Assembly: GCA_964016885.1 (NCBI GenBank)
Contig: OZ024747.1
Coordinates: forward strand, 34,410,001 to 34,474,000
DNA length: 64,000 nt
Reading direction: 5' to 3'
Origin: Eledone cirrhosa
Lineage: Eukaryota
Part shown: piece after piece, positions 9,073 to 22,642 of the stretch
Layout of the letters: each line of letters begins with the position of its first letter
Position numbering within the stretch: position 1 is the stretch's first letter
Notes under the pieces: generated by a model
Seen by the model: the letters and a program-made list of their open reading frames with translations, nothing else
Databases searched by the model: none
Told to the model about the DNA's origin: nothing
Program-made: the position numbers and the translations under genes

Positions 9073-12000
9073 TTTTCTTTATTAACCACAAGGGTTCACA
9101 TAAAGTAGACATTAAGGACAGTACAGGACAATACAGGACGGTACAAATGGGCATTTCTGCGTGTAAAAAAAAAACGGAGGTTGAAATAAAATAACAAAGA
9201 AAAATTCCCCAATAGGGGGGAGACTTCCAAGGGACATTTGTGGAGAAAGCCCATTGAAAGACCACAGTGGCCCTGACCACCAGGGCAAGTGCCCTCTCCC
9301 AGTTTTCCACCTTTAATTTACAGACACATACTCAGAGAAGGCCCATTCATTCGGGCCATACTTGCTTCTCTCACCCATCTTTCAACAAAATGCTGGGAAG
9401 AGAGCACTTCACTCTCTACCCTGATTTTCCTTTTCAAATGAAATTTGAAAAAGTTAATCAGGGCATCACCGAAGAGGTAAGTGCTCGTCTTCAGCCCTTT
9501 CAAACGTGTCCACCATACTATCTCTTTCGCCATGGCCACCAGACAGATAAAAACTGCCTGCCCTTCCAGGCTAAAGGAAGAGGGCGGGGCAATCCTCACG
9601 ATGGACTCAGCTGATAGCTGGATCCGTCCTACACGTGACAGCAGGTGTTCGACATAAACCCACAAGTCAGCAATGCTCGGACACTGGACGAGTGCGTGCA
9701 GGACGGTTTCGTCGCCCTGCGCGCATCTCGGACATGCCCGGCTGACGGCACCTCCATGCCTGTAGATTTTATCCCGAACTGGCAAAGCTTCTCGGTAGCA
9801 CTGCCAGGCCAGGGATTTCTGGAAGTTGTCCATAGGCCCCGGCCCGAAAGTCCTTCCGAAGAGATTGGCTAGTTGATTTTCGTCGACGCCTAGAGTTTCT
9901 CCAAGTACGTCGTCGCTCTTCCCCTCCACTAATCCCCTATAGAACGCCAAGGTGGAGTTTCCACCGATCACATTACCCGATTGGTCGAGGGCTGTGAGCG
10001 CCTGAAGACATTCCAGTCTCCAAGCGCTCCCTCTCGGTCTTCGCTTGACCCAGGACTGCAGCTCCGTCAAGGAGACGAGCTGGGGAAAAACGCGTCTTGC
10101 AAACGGCGACCACACCTGATCACCGTCGAGGAAGAGGTGGAGATGTCGTAGCCTGAGCGCGTGCATGCGCATCATCAGCCACGGCATGCCCAGCCCTCCA
10201 CGTAGCGGGTGTTGACAGCAGATGGACCGCCTGACCATCGGAGCGCGTCCCTTCCACAAGAAGCGAAAGAGCAACGCTCCAACGCAGTCAGGCGGGGCTT
10301 AGGACAAGGTACGACGGTCAGGGGGTAGTAGATGACGCACACTCGACCTTTCAGGGATAGCTTCCTCTCGGCCCATTTCTGGGTGAGAGAAGCCACCCTA
10401 CTCGTCACCTCGTCCCAGTTTTTGTCCGTCTAGAGGTCTGGACCGAACCAGACCCCTAGCAATTTAACCGGTCCGTCCGTCCAGCGCCCGACGACGCTGT
10501 TGGACGCATGGACCTGCCTCTCCAGGTGCCGAGCTAACCGCCTCGTCTAATTTTCTACCTATTTCCCTCTCTGCTCTATTTTTCTCTATTGCTAAAGCCT
10601 TACTAAACCTAATGGACTCTATTAAAATTGCTCTTTTCAGAGCAAACCACCACTTGCTGTTGACGATGGCCCCCGTCAACGCCCGCTTAACTAGTTCGCT
10701 AATCCGGTCTCTGTAGGCCTTGCGCGCTGGTAAGGACGCGTTTAGCTTCCAGTAGCCGGGTCCTCGTCTATGAAGCCTATCTAAGTCAAGCACACAGATC
10801 ACGATTTTGTGGTCCGTCTAGCTAACTATCTTGAATTGTGGACAGCCTATGCTAGACTTATCTATTTCCCTACAAAATACTCTATCTAGATGTGATCTGG
10901 ATGACCCTATGCGATTTGTCCAAGTCCACATTGGTACATTCGGGAAATCCAATCGGTACCTGTCAGACAGTTCAAAACGCCTGAGCAGGTTGGTGAGACT
11001 CTTGCATCATCCTTCCCTATCCACTAATCCCACAGAATCCCAGCGTGCATCTAAGATCCCGTTCCAGTCGCCCACTAACACTAAAGAGCGGGACGTTCCA
11101 AGAAAGGTCTCCAGACGCCGGAAGAAATCAGGCCGCCCTGCTCCTGTCGGGGCATAGACGGCCACTAACCTGAAAGCTTGCCCATCTCCACTGGTCACGT
11201 CCAGCACCACCAACTTACCTTCTGGGTCCAGGAAGATGGCCCGTATGGCAAGATCCAAACCTCTCCGAAAAAGCACAGCAAGTCCTCCCCCCGATCCCGG
11301 ACGCCTGGGAGATGCGTACACATCGTAGCCGCCGAAGATCGGTGCGAAAGCCTGTGCTTCGGAGATTCTGGTCTCACTGATGGCCACTACATCTATGTTT
11401 AGTGACCTGAGGTCGTTGAGCAGGTGGCCCTGCTTCCATGACGACCCCAAGCCACGCGCATTTATGCTGCCTATTCTGAGTGAGGTCATGTTGAAAAGGA
11501 GTGGAAAAGATGGGAAAGACAACTTACCTTACTTCTCGTAGGGGAAGGACGGTTTTTCCATCCTTTTCACTGCTTGTGGCCTCCTCAGGAAGGATGTCCT
11601 TATAAATACTCCTGGAGAGTGCTTGTCGGAAGTCTCCGATGTCTTTGGGGAATTTTTGTTTTAGTGTCATGTACGTTTTCTGTGTGATGCGAGTGATTTG
11701 TATGTGTGGAGGTGGTGTAAATTTTGGGGTTGTTTTGGGGGTAGTCTTTTTCTGTGATGCTGGTGTTGTGTTGGATGTAGTGTAATAATTGCTTGTTGTT
11801 CAAATTTAATGCTGTGTAGTGTGTATCGTTTTGGTGGTTTTGTTTTGTTTGCGTTTGTTGTGGGTTTGCTTCTGTTTCGCATTTTGGTGACTTTTGTGGT
11901 GTAGGTGATGGTGGTGTTGGAGTTAATGATGGTGATGGTGTTGGTATTTGGGTTGATGGGGTTGGTGATGCTGGTGTGGATGGTGGCATATCTGTCCTAA

Positions 12001-12768
12001 CTTTTTTGTTTCTTAGTTTATTTGTTTCCCTCTGTATTTTGTTTTTGGAGGGGGAAGGAAGAGAATTTTTTCTTTTTTGGTTTCTTTTCTTTTTTCCGGA
12101 TATCGTTTCCCACTCCTCGTCGTCACAATCTGTCTCCAGTTGTGATAGGCCGGGGAGTGGAAAATCCTCCACAGCCGTTAGTTTTGGTTGTGGTGTGGTG
12201 TAGGCGCTGGTGCTAGTTCTGAAGCATTGGGTGGTGGTGGTGTTAGTTTTGCTGGTGGTGGTAGTGGTGTTGGTTTTGCTACTGTTGCTGGGGTTGTTGC
12301 TGTTATAGTTGCTTCTGTTGTTGCTGCTACAGTTGTTGCTGCCATCTCTGCTACTGGTGGTGTTGATGGTTGTGTCACTGGGGTGGGTAGGAGAGGTGGC
12401 CTCAACCTTTTAGCCTGAGGGCAGAAAGCCCTTAGGTGGGTTCCTTCACCACAAACGACACACCTAGGTCTTCTGCTCTCGACAATTACCGTGAGGTGGC
12501 TGCCGTCAGTGAGGTCTATTACCTCTGGGATCTCCTCAATGCTTATTTGGTCCGCTTGGATCAGGAGCTCCATCCCAGATCCGGACCAGTTTTCCTGCTT
12601 TTCTTTTGCTATTGCTATTATTTTCGTGTTGGCTTCGATGCCGGCGAGGACGGCCGCTATTAGCCAGGAAATTTCGATGGCCGGTGGAACGTGGGTCACA
12701 CTGATCTTTACGAGCCTCTGGCCACAATAGCTTGGGACGAGTGTGAAGTCGTCAATTTTTAATGGGGC
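9072..12768 (-). mobile_element. Tx1/L1-clade LINE copy T3 (3' UTR, ORF2 lacking the RT core, 3' half of ORF1)
   Basis: ORFs 9318..10274 (C-terminus), 10464..10802 and 11007..11522 (APE), 12178..12795 (knuckle CVVCGEGTHLRAFC). Internal deletion near 10535. Confidence 0.9.
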
Positions 12769-13490
12769 CATGGCTGCGCAGGAGCAGGCCCTCAAAACGA
12801 AGTGGTTGAAACACCATATTTACAAGGAGGATGCTAGCCCAGTGTGCAGGATCTGTGGAGAGAGAGAGGAGACTGTGGCTCACATTGTATCCGAGTGTAA
12901 ACACCTAGCCCAGACTCAATATAAGGGCTGGAGACATGATGTGATGGGCAGGGTGATCCACTGGCACCTATGCAAAGTAAACAATTTACCACATTCTGAG
13001 AAGTGGTATGAGCATAAGCCTGAGGCGATGATAGAAAACGATCAGGTGAAGGTGCTGTGGGATTTTAGGATACTGACGGATAAGAAACTGGAACAATAGA
13101 CCGGACCTGGTGGTTTTGGACAAGAACAAAAATGGTGCCTGATTGTGGATGTAGCCTGCCCATTCGACACGAGAGTGCAAGAGAAGGAGAGGGAGAAAAT
13201 TAACCGATACCAGGACTTAAAGTGGGAGGTAAAAAGGATTTAGAACTGCCATGAAGTCAAAGTGATCCCGATTGTCATAGGCGCACTAGGTACTATCAAA
13301 AAGAGTTTCCAAGGATGGTTAAAGAAAGTTAGTCCAGCCCTTCCTTTTGGAACACTTCAAAAGGCATGCTTGCTGGGAATAGGAAGAAGCCTCCGATACG
13401 TCCTGAATATCTGAGGCTGCAGGTAGCGGCTTGATATTTATATCAAGAAACTTTCCAGTTAAATAACATTAATGTCTGCAACTTAAAAAC
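12769..13490 (+). mobile_element. Dong-like D1 3' fragment (zinc knuckle, RLE, 3' UTR)
   Basis: AAQEQALKTKW...CRICGEREETVAHIVSEC...RHD; highly similar to 8284-9005. Confidence 0.9.
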
Positions 13491-13504
13491 AATAATAACA
13501 AGAA

Positions 13505-16500
13505 TGGTTTCTTTATTGGCCACAAGGGCTGACACGAGGAAAAACATTAGAGACGTCACAGAACAGTACAGGACGATACACAGTGGGTTTTGGTCGTGTA
13601 AACAGATTATAACGAATTCGAGCTAGAAATCAAAAAAAATTCAAAAGAAGAACACGGCTACCCTGACCACCAGTTTTCTCACTCCTCAGTCTACAGGTGC
13701 ATACATAGAGCAGGCCCGTTAACTCGCACCGGACTCGCCACTTTCACCCACCTTTCAACAAACATACTAGAAAGTGTCCGTCTTCAACCCTTTCAACCTT
13801 GTCCACCACACAATCTCTTTCGCCATGGCCACTTGGCAGATGAAAAATGCCTGCCCTTCCTCCTCTTTAAAGGAGGATGGTGGGGCTATCTGCAGAACGG
13901 ACTCAGCCGATAACAGGATTCATCCTACACGCGGCTGCATATGCTAGACATAGTTCCACATGTCAGCATTCCTCGGGCACTGAACGAGTGAGTGCAGGAC
14001 GGTTTCGTCGCCCTGCGCACATCTCGGACAGGCTCGGCTAACAGCACCTCCATGCCAGTAGAGCTTATCCCGAACCGGTAACGCTCCCCGTTAGCACTGT
14101 CAGGCCAGGGATTTCTGGAATTTCTCCATAGGCCCCTGTCTGAAAGTTCTTTTGAAGAGGGCGAACAGCTGATCGTCTTCGACGCCCAGGGTCTCCCCGA
14201 CAAGGTCATCGCACTTTCCTTCCACTAGCCCTGTATAGAATGCCGAGATTGATGTTCCCCCGATACTAGTGCCCAGCTGGTAGAGCGCTTGGAGACATTC
14301 CAGTTTCCAAGTGCTACCCTCGATCTCTTCTTGATCCAGAGCTGAAACTGATGGACATCATGGATCTGCCTCTCCAGGTCCCAAGCTACAGGCCCACCGA
14401 CCTTTCCTGGTTGATCATTTCTCCTGTCAACGCCACGTATTCGCTTAGTGTAGTGCCGATCGCCTTGATATGTTTGGCCTTCGACACCACTACGGTGACA
14501 CTGTCTGCATATGCTGACACGGATCTTCCGCATCCAAGTTCGCGTGGCATCACCACATGGTCTCCAATTTGTGCAGTAATGGCTCTACAGCCAGAACGTA
14601 GAAGCGGGACGAGAGGGGACAACCCTGGCGGACCGAGCGCATGATGCTGAACTGCTGCAACAGGTGACCATTCACCCTCACAAACATCGAGCAGATACAG
14701 CCCCTAAAAACGGCGCTCACAATCGAGCAGATGTCGCTGTGCATCGCAGCGATGCAGTCCCTAAAAACGGGCCCGAACCCGGCCGACTCAAGGACCGCAG
14801 CCAGGTACCGATGGTCGACCCTATCAAATACTTTAGATTGATCCAAGTTGATCAGGGCCCCGCCACTGCCAGGTTCCTTAACCACCATCTCTATGATGTA
14901 TCGCATAAGTTGGATGTTGTCGTGGATAGATCTCACGGGAAAGGCGCATGTGTGCGCCTCCCCTACCAGATCACCGATGACAAGCACCAATCTCTTTGTT
15001 AATACCCCGGCCAATCATGAACTCTGCGTTTAGCAGAGTTATGGGCTTGAAATTGTCTATAACTTCCCCATGTTCGGGTATTTTCTCAGCAGTGCCCCCG
15101 CTTCCCGGCTCACACAACTAGGAATGATCCCGTTCTGCTGCCAGTTGCAGTAGATATCTGCCAAGAGGTCGCCGAACAAGTCTGGTATGTACGCATAAAT
15201 TACGTAGGGCAGACCCTCCAAACCTGGCAATTTACCCCTCGTGTAGTCAGACATAGCTTCCTGTATTTCACCTGTTGTTATCGGCTGTTCGCAGCACTGC
15301 GACGCAATTGTCGAAAGCCGCGGCAGTCCATCGAGGTATGCACCGAAGTCCATACTCCGATCCGGCCAGCCGCCGCTCCCGAACAATTGAGCAAAGTGCT
15401 TTTGAGAAGCCACACATATCTGCTCGTGGTCGAGCAACATGCGCCCGTTTTGATCAGGCAAAGACCGAATTGTGGCTTTGTTGCCACGTCGCAACAACAC
15501 CCCCCGGGCCCATTGAACAGCTTTCATTCCCTCGTATCTCAGAGCACGCGCTCTAGCTCTAACAACGCATCCTTCATGCTTTGCGATGAAGAATTGGTCG
15601 AGTGCTAATCTGGCCGCAAGCACGTCGATTGCGATGCCTGTCCTAAACGCCTCTTCTAGCTATCTGACTAGCTCTCCCTCTACTCTATTTTCCTCTATCA
15701 CTACTCCTTTGCTAAACCTTATCGATTCTAATCTAATAGCACTTTTCAGGGTAAATCACCACCTGTTGTTGCCGATCGCACCGTCAACGCACGCTTAACT
15801 AATTCGCTAATCCAGTCTCTGTAACCTTTACGCGCCGGCAACTACGCGTTCAGCTTCCAGTAACCGGGCCCTTGCCTATGGAGTCTATCTAAACCAACTT
15901 CAAAGATCACAAATTTGTGGTCCATGTAGTTGGCAATTATAAATTGTGGACAACCTACACTAGCCTTATCTGTTTCCCTACAGAATACCCTATCTAAATA
16001 CAATCTGGATGACCCGATGCGGTTTGCCCATGTCCACATTGGCACATTCGAATAATCTAGTCTATACTTGTCACACAGTTCAAAACGTCTGAGCAGGCTG
16101 TTGAGGCTTTAACACCCTCTCCTCTGTCTACTAACCCCACATAATCCCAGCGTGCATCTAAGATACCGTTCCAGTCGCCCACTAACACTAAAGAGCTGGA
16201 CGTTTCAAGAAAGCTCTCTAGACGTCTGAAAAAATCTGGCCGTCCTGCCTCTGCTGAGGTGTAGGCGGCTACGAGCCTGAAAGTATTGCCTTCGTTGCCG
16301 GTCAGGTCCAGCATCACCGACTTCTCTTCTGCGTTCAGGAAGATGGCCCATATGGCGAGATCCCAGCCTCTCCGAAAAAGCACAGCAACTCCTTTTCCCG
16401 ATCCCGGACTACTGGGAGATGCGTACGCATTGTAGCGGCTGAAGATCGGTGCGAATGCTCGTGCTTCGGTGATTCTGGTCTCGCTGATGGCCACCACATC

Positions 16501-18590
16501 TATGTTTAGTGACCTGAGGTCGTTGAGCAAGTGACCCTGCTTCCGAGATGACCCCAGGCCACGTACATTTATACTGCATATTCTAAGTACGGCCATGCTG
16601 GATGAGGAAACGGGCTAAGTGACAACGGAACACTTACCTTGATCGTGTGGGGAAGGGACAGTAGAACCATCCCTTCGGCTAATCATGGGTGGCTCCAATA
16701 TGATATCGGTATATATTCTTTTGGAGAGTGACCCCCTGAAATCTCCAACTGCTTTGGGGAACTTTTGCTTTAATTGTTTATAGTATTCCAGTTTAATTTC
16801 GACAATTGTAATGTTTTGGGGTAATGTTCTTGGTGTTGGTGGGGTGTGGTAATTTGAGTCTCTAATGTCTGCGTGTTGTTTTATATGTTCCATTAATCAT
16901 TTGTGTGTGATATTTATGGATGTGTATTTTTTTGTTGCTGTTTTCTTGTTGCTGTTGGTATGTGTGCTTTGTTGTGTTTGTGATGTTGCTGTTTTGGTGA
17001 GACTGGTGGTGGTGGTGTGGTTGTTGTTGGTGGTGATGGTGATGGTGGTGGTGTTGATGCAAGTCTCCTTGCAGTCTTTATACTTCTTTCTTTACCTTCG
17101 CTTTTGGAGGGAGAAACTGTGGTATTTTTGCGTTTGTTCATTTAGTTGACAAAAGTTTTCCACTCCTCTGCCGCCTAATACTCCATGTGCGACTATCATA
17201 GGTCTGGGAGGGGTATGAGTTCTACCCTCTCATTTGTTTTTTGTTGTTGTTGTTGTTGTTGGTGGTGGTGGTAGAGCCTGGTCTGCCGTTCTTGGCACAG
17301 GTGCAACTAGTGCAACTGTTTCTGTTGCTGCAGTGTCACAGACGTTGTCTTCCTACTCTCTGTAGAAGCTCCCGACTTTTTCACTGACTGCTCTGTTTCT
17401 GATGGAAGCGATTCCGCTGCTGCTTCTGCTACTGTTACCACAGGTGTTGTTGTTAATACTGCCTGTTATCTTCTGTGGGCAGAAAGCCCAGAGGTGAGAC
17501 TTTGATCCACAGTTGAAGAATTTTGGGCAGCTTCCTTCAACAGATATGGGAGCCATTCCCGAGGTCTATTACGCCGGGAATAGCGCTGATGCAGTCCTCG
17601 TCGGTTTGGATGAGCATCTCCATTCCAATATCGGACCAGTCCTCTCTCCCTAACTTTTGTACCTGCAGAATGGTTCTATCCTCGATGCCCGCAAGAACAG
17701 ACACGACCACCAAGGCATGGGTATGTAGGGCGGGACCTGGATTACCCTGACCGTTGCAATTTTTTTCCCGCAGTAAAACGGGACTAACGTTATGTCGTCA
17801 TTCAGTATAGTCCTCAGTGAGTGTGATTTTGCTTCCTGGATGGTAGCAAAAATGCCTTCTGGATTTGGACCTCGGAGGCTTTCTCCACACGACGTGATTT
17901 CGTGGCAATCGTGCGGTACGACAGTGTGCGTCGCTCTTCTTCCCCCAGGATGTCGGTTGGTGGTTTCAAAGACACTGAAAAATCAGTTCTCGTTACCTTA
18001 TATCTTGCGACCTCCATCTCCTCCTTTGTGATGATTGTTTCTATGTTGCGAGTTATTTTTGCAAAAGAGGTCGTCTCTTTTTCAGTGGCGTCATTGTTGC
18101 CACCACTACTGCTGCTACTGGTCTTGTTGTTGATGCTGGTGCTGTTGTGGTTATTGCCACTGCTACAAACGGTGTCGTTGGTGATACTGCTGCTGCTGCT
18201 ACCACAGGTGTTATTGTTAATACTGCCGCTATGGCTGCTGCTGCTACCTTCTTTGTTGTCAAATGGACCAGCAGCAGTCGCTTCTCGACCGCTGCTTGAT
18301 GAAGAAGAGAAAGAAATGTCTTTTGCCTGACTTTCACTATGTGATGATGAAGAAGACGGAAAGGAAAGCGAGACTTCACGCTGACAGATGATGAAAGAGA
18401 AGTTTGAGAAGGATACCTTGCTGAAGGAGTAATTTTTGTGTGGAGACATGTTAGAGAAACAGACATTTGAATGACGCCATTTTTCTTCTCTCTTTTTTTT
18501 TGGCCGGACGTATTTGCTAAAAGCAAAGTTCAAATTGGAATTTAGCTCCGAATGTCTAAATACCGATTAATTTCGACCACCTCCAGGGAA
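13505..18590 (-). mobile_element. Tx1/L1-clade LINE copy T4, near full length but decayed
   Basis: Fragments with APE (16057..16596), PGLEGLP, LDQSKVFDRVDH, VRQGCPLS, AYADS, and ORF1 (16615-18533). 3' end CCCTTGTGGCCAATAAAGAAAC. Confidence 0.88.
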
Positions 18591-18624
18591 GCGGGGTGTG
18601 TTTAAACGCAAAACAATATAATTT

Positions 18625-19055
18625 TTCTACTTTCAAGGATTACGGTGAGGTTGCTGCCGTCAACGAGGTCTATCACCTCTGGAATCTCTTGGATGTTTTT
18701 CTGGTCCGCTTGTATCAGGAGCTACATTCCAGATCCGGACTAGTTCTCCCGTTTTACTCTTATTACCTCGATCACCTTTCTGTCAGCCTCGATGTCGCTG
18801 AGGACGGCAGCCATCAGGCAGGGTTTTTTAATGGGCTGGAAGCTGGGTCACCCTCACACTCACGAGCCTCTTTCCACAGTAGCTTGGGATTAACGTGAAC
18901 TCGTCACTTTTAAGTAGAGCTATGGAGTGCTCTCTGGCTTCCTGTAGGATGGCAAAGAACACGTCCACGGTCCTATATCATTGTCCACGTCTGATGTGGG
19001 TGTTTTTAGCCCACACATGTCCCAAAGCCTTTGCATCTGGGACTCGGCGTGTTTT
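18625..19055 (-). mobile_element. Tx1 ORF1 fragment T5 (T3-type ORF1)
   Basis: Nucleotide similarity to 12485-12765, e.g. GAGGTCTATCACCTCTGGAATCTC and CCAGATCCGGAC. Confidence 0.7.
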
Positions 19056-19119
19056 TATATTAATGATGCCGTATGATACAATACATAGCTGCCGATGTTG
19101 CATGGTATTTGATGTAGGA

Positions 19120-20975
19120 ATGAGCCTTCGCTGTCGGTCACGTCCAGCACCATCACCTTCCCTTGTGTGTCTAGGAGGATGGCCTGTATAGCGAGATTCA
19201 AGCCTCTCCGAAAAGACACAGCAACTCCATCTCCTGCTCCTGGTCGGCTGGGAGATGCATATACATCGTAGCCGCCGAAGACCGGTGCGAAGGCTAGTGC
19301 TTCGGAAATTGTGGTCTCGCGGATGGCCACCACATCTACGTTTAGTGACTTGAGGTCATTGAGCAGGTGACCCTGCTCCATGACGACCCCATCCACGAAT
19401 AGTTATACTGCCTATTCTAAGTAAGGCCATGTTGGGTGAGGAATAGGATAGGGAAGAAATGATCACTTACCCTGTTTCCGTAGAGAATGGGTGATTGAAT
19501 CGTATATTTGGCTGGTTGTGACACCTCCTTGAGAGGTACACATACTTTTGTCAGCGAATCGCTGAAATCCCCAACCGCGTTGGGAAATTTACTCTTTAAA
19601 TTTTATATTGTTCTACATGTAGTTCAATTACTTGGGAGTTTTGGGTATACTTGATGGGGTTTGTAATGTGTAGTAGTTTCTCTGTAATTCTCGTGTGTAA
19701 TTGTGTGTTTTATCAAATCCTTATTGTCTGATTATGGCAGTGTATTTTTATTGGGGGAGGGGTCTGGTTTTCTTGTTGTTGCTTGTGTGTGTTTTGTTGT
19801 GTTTGTGATGCTGAATTAGTGGTGTCGTGTTTGTTGGTGGTAATGGTGGCGTTGGTGGTGTTTCAGATGGTGGTGGGGGCGGTGTTGCTGCAAGTCATCT
19901 TGCAGAATTTGCTTTCTTTTTTGCTTTCCTCGCTTTTGGATGGTGAAGTTGCGCTGTTTTTTCGTTTGTTTTTGTTGCAGACCGTTTTCCACTTCTCTGC
20001 CGCCTCATACTCCATGTCCAACTGTGAGAGGTCGGGGCGGAGTAGGAGTTCTACTATCTCATATGTTTTTGTTGGTGATGTTGGTGGTTTTGGAGCCTGG
20101 TCTGCCTTTCTTGGCACAAGTGCAACTAGTGCGGCTGTTTCTGTTACTACCACTGCTACGCTGTTTTTTTGTCCTTGTCCTTGGAGTGGGTTCCACGGAC
20201 GTCGTCCTCCTGCGATCTGGTAGAAGGTACCGCCGTCCTCGCTGCCTGCCCAGCTTCTGATGACAGCGGTTCCGGTGTTGGAAGGAGGGGTACCTTCACC
20301 TTTGTTATCTTCCGTCGGCAGTATGCCCTGAGGTGAGACTTCAATCCACACTTGTAGCATTTTAGGCGCCTTCCTTCCAGAGATACGGGAAGTTGGGAGC
20401 CATTTCCAAGGTTTATTACGTCGGGAATAGCTCTGATGCAGTCCTACTCGGTTTGGATGAGCATCTCCATTCCAATACCGCACCAGTCCTCTCTCCCCAG
20501 CTTCTGTACCTGCAGGATGGTCATTTTGTCTTCGATGCTTGCAAGGAGAGAGACGACCAGCCATGACACGGACGTAGGGCGGGACCTGTGTCACCCTGAC
20601 TTTTGCAATTATTTTCCCACAGTAAAATACTATTTCATCACAGACTAAGTTTGTCCAAGAGTCAGATTTTGCGTCCTGGGTGGTATTAAAAGGAACGTCC
20701 ACAGTATCATATTTATTGCCTCGGGTGATGTGAGTTTTCCGTGCCCACACAGTCACTTTTGTATTTGAGCTTCAGTGGCTCCGTCGACACGACGCCATTT
20801 CGTGTCAATTGTGCTGTAAGACACCGTGCGTTGCTCTTGCTCCTCCTTGAATTCAGTTGGAGGTTTTAGGGAGACTGAACAAATTCAATTCTGGTCACCA
20901 TGTGTCCTGCAACAGCCATTTCCTCCTCATTGACTAGGGCATCTTTAAGTTGCATACCTCCGCCGCAAAAAGAGA
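19120..20975 (-). mobile_element. Tx1 copy T6 fragment (ORF1 and first part of APE), decayed
   Basis: QGHLLNDLKSLNVDVVAIRET (19055..19396), THITRGNKYDTVDV and the knuckle region (19863..20756). Confidence 0.85.
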
Positions 20976-21139
20976 TGGGCCTTTTCCTCTGTCATCACAA
21001 TGGTAAATGTCCGACGAGTTTTTATTCTAGAGTCGGATCAGATCGATACAGATCGACCCTTGAGTTTATGAATAGCGAAACGCGCATCGCCAATCAATAA
21101 ACGTAATGAAGGGATAACAAATCTTCCCTGAATTATATA

Positions 21140-21277
21140 TATATATATTTAATATAGAAATTGCATCTACACGACTAGGACTGTCTCATTGGAAGGAAGT
21201 CATCAGCAAAGACGATTTCCTTCGAATGAAACACTTCTATTCCTGTAGAGGCAATTTCTATATTAAATATATATATA
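21140..21277. repeat. Small inverted-repeat element in (TA)n
   Basis: TTTAATATAGAAATTGCATCTACA ... TGTAGAGGCAATTTCTATATTAAA (1 mismatch) around a ~70-bp spacer. Confidence 0.75.
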
Positions 21278-21364
21278 CTTCGCTTTGTATTGTATATCTT
21301 ACTAACTATGGTTACGCCCAATTGAACCCTGGATACACACACGCACCCCCCCACACACACACGC

Positions 21365-21399
<35 letters not shown>

Positions 21400-21574
21400 C
21401 GTAATCTCTGCAGGTGTGTATATAGAGTCACCTTTCTATGAAATAACATAGTGTCTCAGCTAAATTGAAATATATTTCTGTTTCTCTGTACATGTCCCTT
21501 TCTGCGTATCCACTTACCAAATTACCCACCTATCTAAATTTGTATTTCTCTTATATATATAAAAAAAAAAAAAA

Positions 21575-21608
21575 TATATATATATATGTGTGTGTGTGTG
21601 TGTATATG

Positions 21609-21683
<75 letters not shown>
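21575..21683. repeat. (TA)n/(TG)n microsatellite
   Basis: Visible. Confidence 0.95.
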
Positions 21684-21684
<1 letters not shown>

Positions 21685-22316
21685 AAACTGAGGTTGATTG
21701 ATGTTGATGATTACTGACGATTTTTTATAAAAACCCTAGAAAATGTTATTTTTATCATTTCTAAAAATAGCAAAAAAATTATTGATGCTTTGGATAGGGT
21801 CAAATAGAAGTCATTAGACATGCTCAACCAACCGTGACGCCTAAACCAATCAGCTTTAGTAATCTAGTGAAACTACACACCAATTGGTCGAAATACAGTT
21901 TACAAAACTTAGCATTCTGTAGCCCCTTTTTACTGTATATAAGGCACAGAATTTACCCATCTCATTACAGTTGAGAATTGCAAACTTGACTGTCACCACT
22001 GAATATTAACCCGAAGATTGCGAAAGCATGAAAGTACTTGTTGAATTAACATTTAACATTTAATATTCTATCATACTATTTCATTATAATATCATTATAA
22101 TTTTAAAGGACTGTAAATAAAACTAGTAAATCAGACAAAGTTGGGATTACTTTTATTAATATATATATATATATATATGTGTGTAGAAGTTATATTTAAT
22201 TTGCTGGGATACAACAAGCTAATAATTTTATAACTTATATAAAGCACTCAACAAATTTTTGGAGTAAACATACAATATATTAACAAATGGAAACTATATT
22301 TATAAAACCATATTTA

Positions 22317-22377
22317 TTTCATTATACATATTTCAAGGACACCAAAGCAAGTTATGGTGCCCTTTCATCAGATAAAA
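22317..22377 (-). ncRNA. Minimal type-I hammerhead ribozyme motif (Penelope pLTR-like)
   Basis: Minus strand: TTTTAT-CTGATGA-AAGGGCACCA(loop)TGGTGTCCTT-GAAA-T-ATGT-A-TA^ATGAAA. Intact core, 10-bp stem II, 6-bp stem I, 2-bp stem III. Folded by eye. Confidence 0.7.
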
Positions 22378-22642
22378 TATAATATAGATCAGTTTTATAA
22401 ACAAATATTGACATACCCTTAAAGAATGCGACCATATCGGTTGGAATCTCCCGGATGTATATATATATATATATATAATATAAAACGAAAAATCAGTGAA
22501 GCATGTGAACTCAATTTATTGTTTACAATTGTTTCGCTGGCGGATAGCTCGCAAGGCGATCATTGTGTGGATCTGTCTGATTCTGGACACGACTAACTCA
22601 CATCGCCCAGCCGACTAACTCACAAGATATGCAAATGATCAA

